From assembly GCF_006345805.1 (NCBI RefSeq), contig NC_043000.1, positions 115,010,001-115,074,000 on the forward strand: a stretch of DNA of 64,000 nucleotides, in the 5' to 3' direction. The number at the start of each line of letters is the position of its first letter. Positions within the stretch are counted from its first letter, which is position 1. The stretch comes from Octopus sinensis (Eukaryota). Made by a program: the position numbers and the translations under genes. The notes under the pieces are model-generated. The model saw only the letters and a program-made list of their open reading frames with translations. It did no database searches and was not told the DNA's origin. Below are positions 62,777-64,000 of this stretch, piece after piece.

Positions 62777-64000
62777 TTGTTGCAGAGGAATTGAAGTCAG
62801 ACATGGGACTCTTTATTGAACATACCAACAATATAACAGCTGAACAGGCCAAGAATTTCCGACCGACAACACCTGTGCATAATTTAGGAAACCCTGATGG
62901 AAGTCAATCACCAAGACCTCGCTTGACCACTGGAAACGAACTTACTGAGGGAACAGCAATATATCTTGGAAAACATCGCAACTCAATTGCAAGCGCCACA
63001 GATGATGACTTCAGTACAACGGACACTGTCACCTCTAATATATCAATGGGAGAAACGCTTTCACCGAAATCTTTTGAGAATGGGAAAATGCGTAGGCCGA
63101 GTATTTCGTCAGAAGGCAGCTTTACCACAGTTGGTATGTCAGAAGATTACAACATAAATGGCATTCATGACCAGTTGCCAAATGGTGACACACATATTGA
63201 AGAACCACGCATGATACCAGAAATTGTAGAAACTGTTGAAACAGGGGTTCCATATGGCATGGAATCATTCGTTCCCGATATGAATCATGTTGTTGAAAAT
63301 GAGGTGGAAACTCATGAAGTCAATGGAATTGAAGAGGAAATAGTCATGTCAGTTTCTCAGGATAACGCAAGCCGGCCAATGTTGGAAAGTAGTCCCTCGT
63401 TAGAATTAAGTAGGTCTTCAAGTGCTGCTGAATTAGCACAGTACATGAACAGTCCTAAAGAGGAACTGGTGTTGACAAAAGAGGACCGGAAATCTTTGGA
63501 TTATCGTGGCTCCCCAATGATTGAGAATCAGAGGAAACAGGAAGTGAAAGAAGAAAGCAAAAAGTTGTCTCCATCAAATGAGAAGAGGTCTCCAAAGATA
63601 AGGCTGGACGGGTACACTCTGTCAATTGACTCCGAGTCAGATACTATTGATTCCGAATCTACTCAAGACGACAGTATTCCATTAGCTGCTCAAACGAATC
63701 TGAAGAAGCAGATTGAACGCTGGCAGAAACAACTGCAGGAACACCTGAATGATAATAGCGGGTTGTACACAGCACAAGAACAAGAGAAACTGAGAGAGAA
63801 GGTTGACCAGTGGAACAAACAATTGAAAGAACTCAACGTGACAGATTCTTCCGGGTTTAGACTGCTTGAACAGAAAGTTATGAAGCAACAGATAGAACTT
63901 TGGCAAAGGAAGTTGTCTGCAAAAGAACGCCAAAGCGATGGTGCAAAGAAATACAAAGAACAAGAAATCGAATTTTTGAAGAAACAGGTTCAAGTTTGGA
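62777..64000 (+). CDS. COBL: Large exon of the cordon-bleu-like gene, open to the window edge
   Basis: Acceptor ttttatctatttcag|, phase 1; 1224 nt with no stop (VAEELKSDMGLF...LKKQVQVW). Acidic and Ser-rich, then helical repeats. Missing from the ORF track because no stop is reached in the window. Confidence 0.9.

Noticed and set aside
62904-63993. Minus-strand and alternative-frame ORFs
   Set aside because: Shadows of the large plus-strand exon.

Overview
AT-rich, repeat-dense eukaryotic DNA. The SINE families and microsatellite load look like an octopod cephalopod genome (inference from recall, not a search). The window is mostly intron of one plus-strand gene. Six phase-compatible GT-AG exons (29078-29306, 30831-30883, 41736-42396, 50942-51337, 57558-57725, 62777 to window end) join into an open frame of about 910 codons. 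That frame has a Cordon-bleu-type ubiquitin-like domain, two K-x-K-P-A-P-P-P-P (KRAP-like) motifs and an unexplained ~30-aa Trp-anchored repeat; the 5' and 3' ends of the gene are not seen. The introns hold several tRNA-derived SINE families, four mariner relics, hAT, Tigger-like and piggyBac-like MITEs, two Helitrons, and R4/Dong, RTE, CR1 and Penelope fragments, plus many long fold-back elements. Most notable is a short, apparently tRNA-headed element in three copies whose consensus folds into a minimal type-I hammerhead ribozyme of the Penelope-associated kind. Also notable are a three-copy family of asymmetric hairpin elements in TA microsatellites, a ~290-bp-arm inverted duplication with a templated spacer, and MITE arrays that reuse the same 23-bp spacer at three loci. 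All alignments and folds were done by eye; no databases were searched.
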